Notes: generated from the sequence alone by a model not told the origin. A stretch of 64,000 nucleotides of DNA from Malacoraja senta (GCA_038087875.1 CM075977.1:90148001-90212000), one strand, 5' to 3'. Counted from the stretch's first letter, positions 35,460 to 48,475 are shown. Made by a program: numbers and translations.

Positions 35460-36864
35460 GCACTTTAAAAAAAAAAGGTTCATGGGACAATTGTGTGAGA
35501 GATCAACACTGCTGCTCAGGTACAAAGTCTCTGGCAGGGACCCGACAGCCAGCTAGCAACCTGTTCAACCCCCAGGACAGAATGGGAAAGAGAGGAGAAA
35601 GTGAACTTTAAAATGGGTAAAAAAAATTAAAAAGTTCAATTGAAAACAATTACAACTAGAAATATTGCGTAAGCATTTTCATACATAATTTCCAAAAAGT
35701 TGAATGCATTTGTTGAACCAGTTAATACAGAGCCAAGCAAACGGAAAACAAATTCAGTACTTGCCAGTAAAACAGTCATGAAATCCAAGTAGATTTTAAA
35801 AAAAAGCCAAATAGAGCCAGCCTGATCACTTTTGCGAACATTTTTTTAAAATCCAAATTGGATATATTTAAAATGTGGACTACACACAATAGGTTGTTCT
35901 TCCAAGGTTATCTTTGTACTGCACATCCCAGGTGATATGTCTGTAAACAGCCGAAAGTGGCTTCTGGAGAAAAACAAAACAAAATATTGCTGCAAGTAGG
36001 TGGACTCGGCCATTTCCAGCCACTTCCAGCTCCATCCACTCATAATCTTTTTTTTTTAGCGCCTATGGTTAAAATATTTATGATAGAGGGAACTCTTTTG
36101 TTAGAGGAGCCCTTATCTCAAAGAAAGGTCTTAGAAATGTTCGAATACGAAATGTCAGATCAAGGAATTTCACAGACCATAGATTTTAGTCGAGGCAATC
36201 AAACAGATTGAAGTTGTTGAAATGACGCAGAAATTAAAGTTTTGGCAAGTAATTGCATTAAGGAGCATAAACTGGAGGATATTAATCTTCTATGGATTAA
36301 TGGATTAATTGTGTGATGATAAGATGGCATATGAGGGCAGGATTCACTTTCCTTAATGACGGGACCAGTAAAAGTAACGTGGGTTTGATATCATAAGTCT
36401 GCATGACTTGAACTGGTGCTGGGTATTCCCTAGAGGGACAGGGTAGGAAGAAAGGAAGGTGGTGGCAATATTATTCAGAGATTCAATTACATCACTGGAT
36501 CTTGGGAATCATACTGGACATGGTCCAAAAACAGAATATGTTTGGTCACAGTTGGGGAATACGAAGGGAATAATTAGTGTTTTGGAATAAAATTATACAT
36601 CGCAGAGCTGCGACAGGAGATAGAAAAGGGAACGTGGATTAATTAGTGAAAATTGAGTAACATTAATTTGTGATTTCAGTTATCAAAAAATAAATTGAGG
36701 TAAAAGCAATATTTAACTGACAAGACATTTAAGAAATCACTGCCATATGCTTGGGACTGCTTCCTAGATCTGCTTGTTTTCATCCATGAAGGAAAGCCAT
36801 GCTCCAGAAAAGGAACTTGTGCTATTTAAGCATTGGAGAACATTTCAGAAACAGTGACTATCAT

Positions 36865-37390
36865 AAGGTAATGAGTGATAGGAGCAGAATTAGGCCATTC
36901 GGCCCTTCGTCTACTCTGCCATTCAATCATGGCTGATCTATCTCTTCCTCCTCACCCCATTCTCCTGCCTTCTCCCCATAACCCCTGCCACCTGTACTAA
37001 TCAAGAATCTATCAATATCTGCCTTAAATATATTCATTGACAGCCTCCACAGCCATCTGTGGCAAAGAATACCACAGATTCACCACCCTCTGACTGAATA
37101 AATTCCTCCTCATCTCCTTCCTAAAGGAACGCCTTTCAATTCTGAGGTTATGACCTTTAGTCCTCGACTCTCCCACTCGAGGAAACATCCTCTCCACATC
37201 CACTCTATCCAAGCCTTTCCCTGTTCTGTACGTTTCAATGCGGTCCCCCTCATTCTTCTAAACTCCAGCAAGTATAGGCCCAGTGCCGTCAAACGCTCAT
37301 CGCATGTTAATCCACTCATTCCTGGGATTATTCTTGTAAACCTCCTCTGGGCCCTCTCCAGAGCCAGCACATCCCTCCTCAGATAGCACA
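36865..37390 (-). mobile_element. CR1 3' fragment
   Basis: LERAQRRFTRIIPGMSGL...; GESRTKGHNLRI...FSQRVVNLWYSLP. Confidence 0.92.
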
Positions 37391-38464
37391 TCCTTCCTTC
37401 TTCCTGTTATGTGTATGTGAAAAGCGGCATGAACATTTGAAAATGAATCAATCGAAGACTGACTGTGTAAAAAGTATCTTCAATGAGATGCTGTGAAGAT
37501 GTGAAGATGTTTCACAAATTGGAGGACTGTAGAATTGGAGATTTAAGGAGAAGGCTTTGGCAACTAAGAATTGGAATGTTGAGGAATTTTCTGCTTGGTG
37601 CTTTTCAGACCTTTGGAATATCTACCACAGAGGGTCATGCATGCTGATCATTGGAAAATTCATTGCTGTAAAAGACTGAGTTTTAAACAATGGGTGAATC
37701 AAGGTATAAAAATAGAAAATGCTGGAGTTACTCAGAAAAATGCAGTCAATGTTTTCAGGTTGACTATCCAGGCAAGAAAGTAGTATTAAGGTCTAAAGTC
37801 AACTGTATCATTAATTTATTGAATGACTGGAAGGTGCAGATGGTCCTATGTGGCCATCTGCTTCTCCCCATTTCTCAGGACCCAAAGGAAAACGCATCAA
37901 GGGACTATTAATGACAAAAACCAAATAAACAAATATATAAATGGAAGCAGAAAATAAAGCCCAGAAACGTTAACAGAGGGGTATGAATAAAGCCCTGCAT
38001 GTAATTGAAAGAGAAACAGTCAAAAATTTTGGGAGGTATCCGAGAAATAGCTCACAGTAAAGATTGGGCTTTATTTAAAGATTTTTAAAAAGAAAATGGA
38101 GGGTGAAACAATTCTGAAGAAACAAAAGGAATAGATGTTCTTAGTTTGACAGGTGAATGTGCAAAAAAGTTAGAAGAGATGGAGTTCTCAAAATAGTGCC
38201 TTAGATGTGGAGGTGAGGTATGATTGGGAATTTCAATAGCTGCAGATCTGTAAAGGAAATGGAAGACCAATGAGGAGATACATGAGCCACTGAGAGGGTA
38301 AATGCAATGGAGAGTATTTGCTAGATTTGGACACAGGGAGCTTGAGTGCTTGGAGAGGAAAGATGAAGAACAATACACGGTACACAGATACAAAAAGCCA
38401 CTTTATTGGCTTCATCCATTTACTTTGCAGTGGAATACAAGAGAGTCTTCAAAAGACAACAGAT

Positions 38465-38559
38465 AGTTTGAAGAAGGTTCTCGACTTAAAACATCGCCCA
38501 TTCCTTCTCTCCAGATATGCTGCCTGCCCCGCTGAATTACTCCAGCTTTTTGTGCCTAT
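38465..38559 (+). mobile_element. Solo Penelope-terminus insert
   Basis: TSD aacagatagtttga (38458-38471, 38560-38573), overlapping the start of the hammerhead motif. Confidence 0.8.
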
Positions 38560-39904
38560 AACAGATAGTTTGATCTACTTAACAGCTGGCTATCATGTTA
38601 TATTTTTCACTGCTGACTTCACAGTGGGTCTGGAGGTAGTAACCCAACTCAAACTCACTGTCTTCATCATTCCCACCTTGGACTTGGGCAGAGCGGCCTA
38701 TTCTGTTACTACTGAGCCCAAGCCCTACTTTACATTTGGACCCATTCCCCATAACCATGCTTGACTTTTACTTCATCTGCAATCCCATTTTTAGACTTTT
38801 GAAAACACAAATTTACTTATTACTTCTTAAGCAGCTGCAGTAATTACATTCCTTTCGTAAATGCTTTCAATTTAGTCCCAGTTACTATTTTGGTTCCAAC
38901 TTTTTAGTTCCCTTTTCAATGTTGCTACACCAAGCACTTCCTGACCATGCCAGAGGAACTGATAGCCAAGAAACCACTGCACTGCCAAACAACTGCAGCC
39001 CAAGAATCCATCGCCCACTTTCTCTCCAGCTGAAACAACAAGGCAGCAAGAAGCTGAAATAAAAGACCAGTAAGAGATTATAGGCGAGGAAACAAATGAA
39101 GTGAAATGAACAAACAGAGAGAGAAAATGCAAAAATAAATGTCGGAGCAACACAAGGTGGAAATTATATTGTCCAGTGAACAGACTGGAAACTAAAGACG
39201 ATCCAGTGATTAATAGGTCAAAGTATCATTATATTTTAAAACTATCATTATGGAAAATTGGGAATTATTTTAAAAAAATTACTAAAGTATCCCTTGCTCT
39301 GAAAAAGAAAGATATATTAAAAGCACAGAAAGTAAATCTTAAGGATTCTGCGGGTTTTCCGATATATTTAAAAGTAAATTGCAGCTGTGGATTTGTTGAA
39401 GGTCTAATAATGATCCAACCTAGTTAACCTACAGGTACATGCAACATACTGAAATCATCCCCTTTGCCTCAAGGCAGTTATAGAGCTAATGCCCTTCTGT
39501 TGGGTTTAATGCCCTGATGCACAACAAAGGATGAGAAACAGGCAGATGCAAAGCTAGTTTACTGAGATACTATATAGTTAAGTGGTTTCATCAGGAAAAT
39601 GGAAGAACTGATAATTGCCTGCACATGCCATTAGAGTATGTGTTTGTTTTGTTAGAATTGCTCATAATTGAATCCTATTCTAGTGTAGCAACTTCAGCAC
39701 TTGCTTCACAAAATAACGTTTTACCTCAAGTTTCCCTCAATTAATCACATATCAATTAGCGTGCTGGAATGGTGAATGCCCATGATAATAGTCTTTCTTA
39801 AAAATAAAGGCCATTATGTTGCTGAGTGAAATTACTGCTCCTAAAATATATTATTTTACACTTTCTTATTCACATTCAAAAAGATAATGATACAGACTAA
39901 AAAT

Positions 39905-40115
39905 AATAACAGAAAATGCCAGAAATACTCATTAGGTCAGGATGTACGTATGGACAACAACAAAAAATGTTTCAAGTCAACAATCTTTCAGCAAACCTTT
40001 CAACACAACTTCATCCCCCATACTGACTGACTGATATGTCGGGGGGGGGGGGGGGGGGGGGGGGGGTTTACCCAGCATTTTCTGTTTTTATTTCAGGTTT
40101 TTGACATCTGCACTT
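39905..40115. mobile_element. Older palindromic Penelope-terminus element containing a poly-G run
   Basis: acagaaaatgcc... / ...cagcattttctgtttttatttcag; G run 40041-40066. Confidence 0.5.
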
Positions 40116-40228
40116 TGGGAAACATTTTTGATGTTAACCTTGAGCTAATCAGCGAAACCCCGCATGACAACAAAAACACTAAAAAACATTACAGCAAACG
40201 CACATGGTGAAGAGAAAGAGTAACTTAC

Positions 40229-40291
40229 CTCATTCTTGGCATTTAACTCACAGGCATAAAACCCACATTCAATCGGTGCCCCAGGGCTCGC
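40229..40291 (-). other. Candidate 63-nt exon
   Basis: Acceptor tttcccacacctttcatcag, donor GAG|gtaagt; open in phase 0 (ASPGAPIECGFYACELNAKNE); no homology recognised. Confidence 0.2.
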
Positions 40292-40727
40292 CTGATGAAA
40301 GGTGTGGGAAATCTATTATTTTATTCCTTGTGGTGTCCAGTGGAGGTGCTTGGCTGGGAGGTTCCGTACATCTCCAGTCATGCAAGAGTCCTGGGTCAGT
40401 TGTTACCCATAAGTGTAAATTCCAGTAGCTTTATTCCAGCAGAATTATTGGGAAATCCCAGCAAATTCTGGCAATTTTCTTATCCATGATCAAGAATGAG
40501 CAACGAGCTATTCCAAACAGCAGTGAGCAAAAATAGATCATGGATCCAATGTTAATCATGATGCGTGTTTAAAATATGTACACATAAAAGAGAGGTTAGA
40601 TTGTCTTCTGTAATTCCCAAATATAGAAAGACCATAGCAAGAGAGGAAACTTGAGTCAAAGATAGGTTATTTCATCAATGTCGCCTTCAAAGAAGAGAAT
40701 AATTGGATGGAGATATTCTCTCATATG

Positions 40728-40861
40728 TGTGGGAAGGAACTGCAGATGCTGGTTTAAACTGAAGATAGACACAAAAAGCTGGAGTAATTCAGCGGGTCTG
40801 ACAGCATCTCTGTATAGCATCAAGGAATAGGTGATGTTTCGGGTCGAGACCCTTCTTCAGA
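40728..40861 (-). mobile_element. Solo Penelope-terminus insert
   Basis: TSD ctcatatg (40720-40727, 40862-40869); minus strand starts tctgaagaagggtctcgacccgaaacatc. Confidence 0.85.
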
Positions 40862-41685
40862 CTCATATGGTCCGTTAAAGGCAATCTGCAACAAGATTTG
40901 TAAAGGGCAGAGAAGTGGAAAGAAACAAAAGTTAGCAAAACCCTGAAAATAACATTCATAAAGCAGCTATTAAGATGGGGCTCAGGAAAATATGCATGTC
41001 AATATTCCAAACAGTAATTAAATATTATAAGATTGAAGTTAAAGATACATGATTGGAAACTTGTGATACGTAATATAAGGTTTAGCAAGCATTGGTCATC
41101 TAAATACCAAAAATTATCGCCCTTTGTACACTGCTATCAAATATATTCTCCATATATTCTGTATCGTTGTTGAAGAACCACTATACAAATGGAACAGTGC
41201 AGAATATATTTCTGCTTCTGAATGGGATATGCATCCCTAATGGTAGATCCACTCAAGGTTAGCCATTTACTGACAGCATTGTAAATATATTGAACATCTT
41301 AAATTTGGGTCCTTGGAATCTGCAACAAAGTAATTTGAATATTAGCCCAATAAATTACATTATACAAAATATTGGGTAAACATTGCACAAAAACCAACAG
41401 TAATGCAACGCTAATCTAAATGATTGGTTATACAAATGGATGCAATTAAAGTTACAAAATCCCAATTTTCTTTTCACTTTTTTAATTTAACCATTACAAA
41501 AAAATGTTTGTTTACTCCTAGATAATCTTAAAGTACCGGTATACATTTTTATTCAGAAAATGAATGTCCTCACAAATCCTGTGAGAAAATAGAGAATTTA
41601 TATAGCATCTGTAGAAATGTATTGACATTTTCTGCAGTGACTGCCCTGTACAAGTCAACTAATTCTGGATTCTTTAGTGTATTTA

Positions 41686-43275
41686 CAGTGCCCTCCAAAA
41701 TGTTTGGGACAAAGACCCATCATTTAATTATTTGCCTCTGTACTCCACAATTTGAGATTTGTAATAGAAAAAAAATCACATGTGGTTAAAGTGCACATTG
41801 TCAGATTTTAATAAAGGGAGTGTTTATACATGTTGGTTTCACCATGTAGAAATTACAGCTGTGTTTATACATAGTCCCCCCATTTCAGGGCACCATAATG
41901 TTTGGGTCACAGCAATGTCATGTAAATGAAAGTAGTCATGTTTAGTATTTTGTTGCATATCCTTTGCATGCAATGACTGCTTGAAGTCTGCGATTCATGG
42001 ACATCACCAGTTGCTGGGTGTCTTCTCTGGTGATGCTCTGCCAAGCCTTTATTGCAGCCATCTTTAGTTTATGCTTTTGGGTACTAGTCCCCTTCAGTTT
42101 TCTCTTCAGCATATAAAAGGCATGCTCAAATGGGTTCAGATCAGGTGATTGACTTAGCCACTCAAGAATTGACCATATTTTGGCTTTGAAAAACTCCTTT
42201 GTTGCTTTAGCAGTATGTTTGGGATCATTGTCTTGCTGTAGAATGAACTGCCGGCCAATGGGTTATGAGGCATTTGTTTGAACTTGAGCAGATAGGATGT
42301 GTCTATACACTTCAGAATTCATTATGCCACTACCATCAGCAGTTGTATCATCAATGAAGATAAGTGAGCCAATACCTTCAGCAGCCATACATGCGCAGGC
42401 CATAGCACCCCTTTCACAGATAAGGTGGTATGCTTTGGAACTTGGGCAGTTCCTTCTCTCCTCCATAGCTTGCTCTTGCCATCACTCTGATATAAGTAAA
42501 TCTTCGTCTCATCTGTCCACAAGACATTTTTCCAGAACTGTGGTTGCTCTTTTAAATATTTCATGGCAAACTGTAACCTGGCCATCCTATTTTTGCAGCT
42601 AACCAGTGGTTTGCATCTTGCAGTGTAGCCTCTGTATTTCTGTTCATGAAGTCTCCTGCGGACAGTGGTCATTGACAAATCCACACCTGGTCGAACAGGT
42701 GTTTGGGGATTTTTCTTTATTGTAGAGAGAATTCTTCTGTCATCAGCTGTGGAGGTCTTCCTTGGCCTGCCAGTCCCTTTGCGATTAGTAAGCTCACCAG
42801 TGCTCTCTTTCTTCTTAATTATGTTCCAAACAGTTGATTTTGGTAAGCCTAAGGTTTGGCTGATGTCTCTAACAGTTTCATTCTTGTTTCTCAGACTCGT
42901 AATGGCTTCTTTAACTTTCATTGGCACAACTTTGGTCCTCATGTTGATAAACAGCAATAAAAGTTTCCAAAGGTGATGGAAAGACTGGAGGAAAGACTAG
43001 GTGCTGCGAGCTCTCTTATACCTGCATTAAGGAGGCAAATAAACACATCTGAGCAATTACAAATGCCCGTGAAGCCATGTGTCCCAAACATTATGGTGCT
43101 CAGCTGTAATTTCTACATGGTGAAACCAAAATGTATAAAAATACCCTTTAATAAAATCTGACAATGTGCACTTTAACCACATGTGCTTTTTTTCTATTAC
43201 AAATCTCAAATTGTGTAGTACAGATGCAAATAAATAAATGATGGGTCTTTGTCCAAAACATTATGGAGGGCACTG
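41686..43275 (-). mobile_element. Tc1/mariner transposon, IR/DR type
   Basis: TA TSD; cagtgccctcc...ggagggcactg; roughly 200-bp IRs with inner repeat ccataatgtttggg. Confidence 0.95.
41942..42942 (-). pseudogene. Tc1 transposase, frameshifted and partly deleted
   Basis: HTH region, GRPRKT, VLWTDETK, C-terminus AVIACKGYATKY; reading frame breaks near 42420. Confidence 0.92.
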
Positions 43276-44247
43276 TAACAGTGATCACTGTTAAAGCAGA
43301 ATATATATTAAATCTACATTTTGCCTATATTCCAGGAAAACAATGCGAATAATTTGGAGTTAAGAACATAACAGGAAGAATAACTCAGGGACTTTTTTTT
43401 GTAATTGGTTAAGCAGTCCTTTATTAGTTTGATTTATGTTTGATTTTCATGACCTTGGTAAAGCTTCCTTCCCTCCTGTTATCAGTGCAGTCATTATTCT
43501 CATTGGCTGCACAGTACTCCATGTGGAATAGCACATGAGCACATTTAATCCACTGGAGACTTTCCTACAATCTACAAAGAATTGTGCTACTGCTATCTCT
43601 GCTTGTGTGTTGGCAATGGAAATGCACTGACAGTTTTATTGTCAGTCCTGGGCTGAAGTGGTCACCAGTGGCCTTGGATTGGAAAAAGAAAGTGGGGTTA
43701 AATAAGTAAATAAGCAACCTAAATAATGACCTGAAAGAGAAGCTAAACAGAGCCATTTCAGTGTCTGAGGTCTCAGGCTGGCTGGCAGTCTCTTGAAAGT
43801 GAATTCCCTTCCTTTGGGAATGGCAAGATAAAAGGATGACCAAAATAAATATTTGCCTAGATATTTATCCCTAGGTGATGGCTATAGTCTTTATGTTGTA
43901 CTCTGCTCCTGAAATTGAACTGCATTCAAGGGAACCAATTTTCTCGAGAGGAGGACAATGAGCAGCTGTTACCATAAATTAGGAATGAATTTCAGACATT
44001 GTGACATTATTTTTATCATGGCATTCCCAAACATTTTTTAGACAATGCATTTTACTGGGGAAAAAATCTCCTTTATTCCTCTGATGGTGTGAACCGGCGC
44101 TGAGGCAAGGTCGTGGTTACCTGTTGGCTTGTGCAGTTATTTTGTGATTGTAAGAAGGCAGCATAGTTACATGCAACTATGTCTACATTTAACATACCAA
44201 AGTGTGTACAAACATATTCACACACATCGAGTTTTTGTTGGCACATT

Positions 44248-44545
44248 GGGGCGGAGGTAGAGTTGCTGCCTTATAGCACCAGAGACTCGGGTTCGATCCC
44301 GACTACAGGTGCTGTAAGTGCAGACTTTGTACATTCTCCCTTTCCCCACATGGCTTTTTTCTGGGTGCTCCCGTTTCCTCCCACAAGCCAAACACGTGCA
44401 TGTTTGTAGGATAATTGGCTTCTGTAAATTGCCTCCAGTGTTGGATGCGAAAGTAGATAACATAGAACTAGTGTAAGGGTGACTGATGGTCGACATGGAC
44501 TTGATGGGCTGAAGGGCCTGTTTCCATGCTGTATCTCTAAATTCT
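44248..44545 (+). mobile_element. V-SINE-like element
   Basis: B box gggttcgatcc, V-domain, CR1-like tail. Confidence 0.85.
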
Positions 44546-45759
44546 AAATCACTGGGTAACAACAAGGGGGTGAAGACTTGGCTAATTTTACCCTTCCCTC
44601 CCTGTCAATGCTGAGGTGGATTCTGACCATCAACTAAATCCAAAGCAACAACAAAATAACCTGGAACCCTTTGGTCCAAATGACTCAGTGCACATTGCTC
44701 TTCATTTGCAGTATCTGGAGAACATTTGTTTATTTTAAGATGTTTAATTGTGATGGAGTTTTGTGTTTAACTTGTGAATAATAAGATTACAAGCAGGTTA
44801 ACCGCTAATGGATGGTGATAGTGCATTATATTTGCTTCAACAAATTATTAGTATTGTCAATTTAGAGAAATAAAACAAATTAGTGAGTTTTATTTTAATT
44901 TCAGTTAGTTATCAGGTGAACTTAAAATAATTGCAATCTTAACAGTAACTCAGAGTCACAAAATTCAAGTTGATGTAAAATATTCTTTACCAGATGGGTA
45001 ACGTGTCATAAATTGATTGTACACTTCTACAAAAATAATTTCCTGTACTTCAATTTCAGAACACCTTTTTTGAATGAAGTTGTTTTGTATATTTTAGGGC
45101 GGTGATGGATAAAAATGGGTCCAGAGGGGGAGAGAGCTGGGTCTACTATTCATGCCTACGTTGTGAATCATACGAAAAGATAATGATGAGAATGTCAATT
45201 TCTTCGTGTATTCTTGCTGTAATTTAGTTTAATGATTTATGTGAAGTTTGTTGCAGAGTGGCATTTTGTGACTTTTGTTCCTGAGTCCCGCAAGGAATTT
45301 CTGCACTAATGTATTAAGTGCTGGATTTGTGCTGTTGCATCCTGTGTCTTGTAATGTCTCTGGATGTCTCTTCTGCAGTTTTCATTTGCACATATCTGTG
45401 CCCTACTTAACCACAACAGAAAGTGGATCTTCCACAAATATAATTTCTAGTTGTCTAAATCTTTAAAAATCAGTATTGACTATGTAAAGTTGTTTCTAGA
45501 CATCAGACGCATCTAAAACCAGTGAAATATTCTGTGATATTCTGTGTAATAAGCCATAAAGGTGGTGTTGGTTGGGGGGGGGTTGCTGTCTGTGGAACCA
45601 AGGCTGTCAGACCATTGGGAACTATCTAGCCCCAATAGGTCAGTACAGGCAGGGGACTTGTGCGGGAGATGGGTACAGGTGATGGGTGTAACCAGACATA
45701 AAATGTCTGAGTTTATATATCCACTATAAGTGGAAGTATGTATTTATGCTATTCAGTTA

Positions 45760-46083
45760 TGGGCCTGTCCCACTTACGCAATTTTTTCGGCGACTTGCCG
45801 GCACCCATCATAGTCACGGCGGGTCGCCGAAAATTTTCAACATGTTGAAAATCCAGCGGCGACCAGAGAAAGGTACGACTCTTTGGGCGACTACTCACCA
45901 CCAAACAGGCGTCACCCAGTAGTGGCCCAAAGAGTCGGGTATGGTCGTGAGTAGTGACCCAAAGAGTCGTGCCTTTTTCTGGTCGCCGCTGGATTTTCAA
46001 CATGTTGAACATTTTCGGCAACCTGCTGCGACTGACGGGTGCTGGCAAGTCGCCGAAAAAGTCACCTAATTGGTACAGGCTCT
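45760..46083. mobile_element. PIF/Harbinger-type MITE, second family
   Basis: Terminus gggcctgtcccact shared with 2106-2462; about 140-bp imperfect arms; TTA TSD at 45757-45759 and 46084-46086. Confidence 0.8.
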
Positions 46084-46349
46084 TTATCTTTCTATTTGTG
46101 AATGGTTTACGTTCCTGGAAAACATTTCCTCCACTGAAAGTACATAAATCAAAAATGCCAGATGAATTTTATCGTGGCCATTTCAATATAGGGCACAACT
46201 ATACATGTATTATACTGTTCCTTAAAGCAAGAAATAGATCTGCAAGTCAAACACGTGTACCCCAGAGCTAAAGCATTACAGTGGAAATTCATAAATTGAA
46301 CATTTGTAAATTGAGGAATATCTCTAAGAGGTATATAATTCATATTTAA

Positions 46350-46620
46350 AGGGCAGCAAAGTGACGCAGCTGGTAGAGCTGGTGTCCCACAGCGCCAGAG
46401 ACCATCCTGACTTCAGGTGCAGTCTGTGTGGAGTTTGCATGTTCTCCCTGTATCCGCATGGATTTCCTCCAAGTGCTCTGGTTTCCTCTCACATCCCAAA
46501 GACATGCTGGTAATTGCCACTGTGGATTGCCCCTAGTGTGTAGGGAGTGGATAAGAAAGTGGGATAACATAGAACTAGTGGAATGGGCAATTGATGGTCG
46601 GTGTGGACTTGGTGGGCCAT
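46350..46620 (+). mobile_element. V-SINE-like element
   Basis: Head and V-domain motifs; truncated by CR1. Confidence 0.8.
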
Positions 46621-47068
46621 AGACAAAGGGTGCAGGAGTAGGCCATTCGGCCCTTCGAGCCAGCACCGCCATTCACTGTGATCATGGCTGATCATCCACA
46701 ATCAGTACCACGTTCCTGCCTTCTCCTCATATCCCTTTACTCCGCTATCTTTAAGAGCTCTGTCTAACTCTCTTGAAAGCATCCAGAGAATCGGCCTCCA
46801 CTGCCTTCTGAGGCAGAGAATTCCACAGATTCACAACTCTCTGGGTGAAAAGGTTTTTCATCGTTCTAAATGGCCTACCCCTTATTCTTAAACTGTGGCC
46901 CCTGGTTCTACACTCTTCAAACATTGGGAACATGTTTCCTGCCTCTAGTTTGTCCAATCCCTTATAATCTTATGTCTCAATAAAATCCCCTCTCATCCTT
47001 CTAAATTCCAGTGTATACAAGTCCAGTCGTTCCATTCTTTCAACATATGACAGTCCAGCCATTCCGGG

Positions 47069-47576
47069 TATAATGGCAGTCTTTACGATGTTCTCAAAGT
47101 CCAACTTGGATAGCCATTATTTCTCGGATGATGGTGAGGAGGTATAATTTACTCACACGACACACTTAAGATAGAAAAACGAATCTTCCAAACGTTGTTT
47201 CTTGATTAATTGGTCTTTTATTGAAGTAGTACATACCAAATAAATAATCCGTCACTTTCTGTTCTTAATCGCTGTTCCATTCATGTCATAAATCATATGA
47301 AAGTTTCTTCTTATAAAAGTATGTTGTCTCATTAACGTGTGTGCATCGTGGTCATGTCGTGTGTGTGAATGGATATAAAACTGTATTCTCACCATCCTTC
47401 CGAGACCCAACTGACTCCAAATCTATGAGTCTGCACTAGCCTCCTCTAGAAATAGACACACCCCTTCTACATATCAAATCCCACCTACAAAAATGCAGAC
47501 AAATAAAAACTAAAATATCAAAAATGTTAGACATGGCTCTAATATATATTGACTTAAGCTTAATGGCTCCTACACT
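47069..47576. other. Unclassified 508-bp insertion inside CR1
   Basis: CR1 sequence cc(c)gggaattaacc is split, with ggg on both sides; no tail or TIR. Confidence 0.65.
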
Positions 47577-47732
47577 GGGAATTAACCGTGAACCTACGCT
47601 GCACTCCCTCAATAGCAAGAATGTCCTTCCTCAAATTTGGAGACCAAAACTGCACACAATACTCCAGGGTACACACAAATGCTGGAGAAACTCAGCAGGT
47701 GCAGCAGCATCTATGGAGCGAAGGAAATAGGT

Positions 47733-47760
47733 AACGTTTCGGGCCGAAACCCTTCTTCAG
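47733..47760 (-). ncRNA. Minimal type I hammerhead ribozyme motif
   Basis: CUGAAGA-A-GGGU(UUCG)GCCC-GAAAC-GUU on the minus strand. Confidence 0.7.
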
Positions 47761-47877
47761 ACTGATAGGGGGTGGGGAGAAGAAAGGAAAAAAGGAAAAA
47801 AGGCGGAGGAGGAGCCCGAGGGCTGGGGGAGGGGAGGAGACAACCAGATGGCTTTCTTCTCCCCACCCCCTATCAGT

Positions 47878-47905
47878 CTGAAGAAGGGTTTCGGCCCGAA
47901 ACGTT
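47878..47905 (+). ncRNA. Minimal type I hammerhead ribozyme motif
   Basis: CUGAAGA-A-GGGU(UUCG)GCCC-GAAAC-GUU. Confidence 0.7.
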
Positions 47906-48475
47906 ACCTATTTCCTTCGCTCCATAGATGCTGCTGCACCCGCTGAGTTTCTCCAGCATTTGTGTGTACCTTCGATTTTCCAGCATCTGCAGTTCCTTCT
48001 TTAACACAATACTCCAGGTGTGGACTCACCAGGGCCCTATGCAACTGCAGAAGGACCTCTTTGTTCCTATACTCAACTCCTCTTGTTATGAAAGCCATTA
48101 GCTTTCTACCTGCATGCTTACTTTCAGTGACTGATGTACAGGGACACCCAAGAGCCTATTCCCATGCTGTACTTCTAAAATAAACTAAACGAAACGTGTA
48201 TTTTTAATTGTAAAAAAGGAGTTGCAGTTTATCTAAGTGGGTTTTTATATCCAAAATTTTGTTGACTTGAATAGTGCATCCCTTTATAATCATTCATCTT
48301 TGGTTGGCTATGTTGAGAAAGTAAAAGAAAATTAAAAAAAACCTGTAAAGTATGTAAATAGTCATAGAGTAATACAACATGGAAACAGGCCCTTTGGCCC
48401 AACTCGCCCATGCTGACCATAATACCCCCTTCTACAATAGTCTCACATGTCTGCATTTGGCACATATCCCACTAA

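Larger units (their letters stand above)
47669..48003. mobile_element. Young palindromic Penelope-terminus element with a hammerhead motif on each strand
   Basis: Exact 15-bp TSD acacaatactccagg (47654-47668, 48004-48018); arms 47668-47786 and 47852-47970 with one mismatch. Confidence 0.93.
46621..48150 (-). mobile_element. CR1 3' fragment interrupted by two insertions
   Basis: Colinear with 20420-21120 once 47069-47576 and 47669-48003 are removed. Confidence 0.88.

Noticed and set aside
40292-40313. ctgatga...gaaa as a hammerhead
   Set aside because: No stem II can form between the two core segments
42322-42957. Active Tc1 transposase
   Set aside because: Internal deletion and frameshift remove an intact DDE domain
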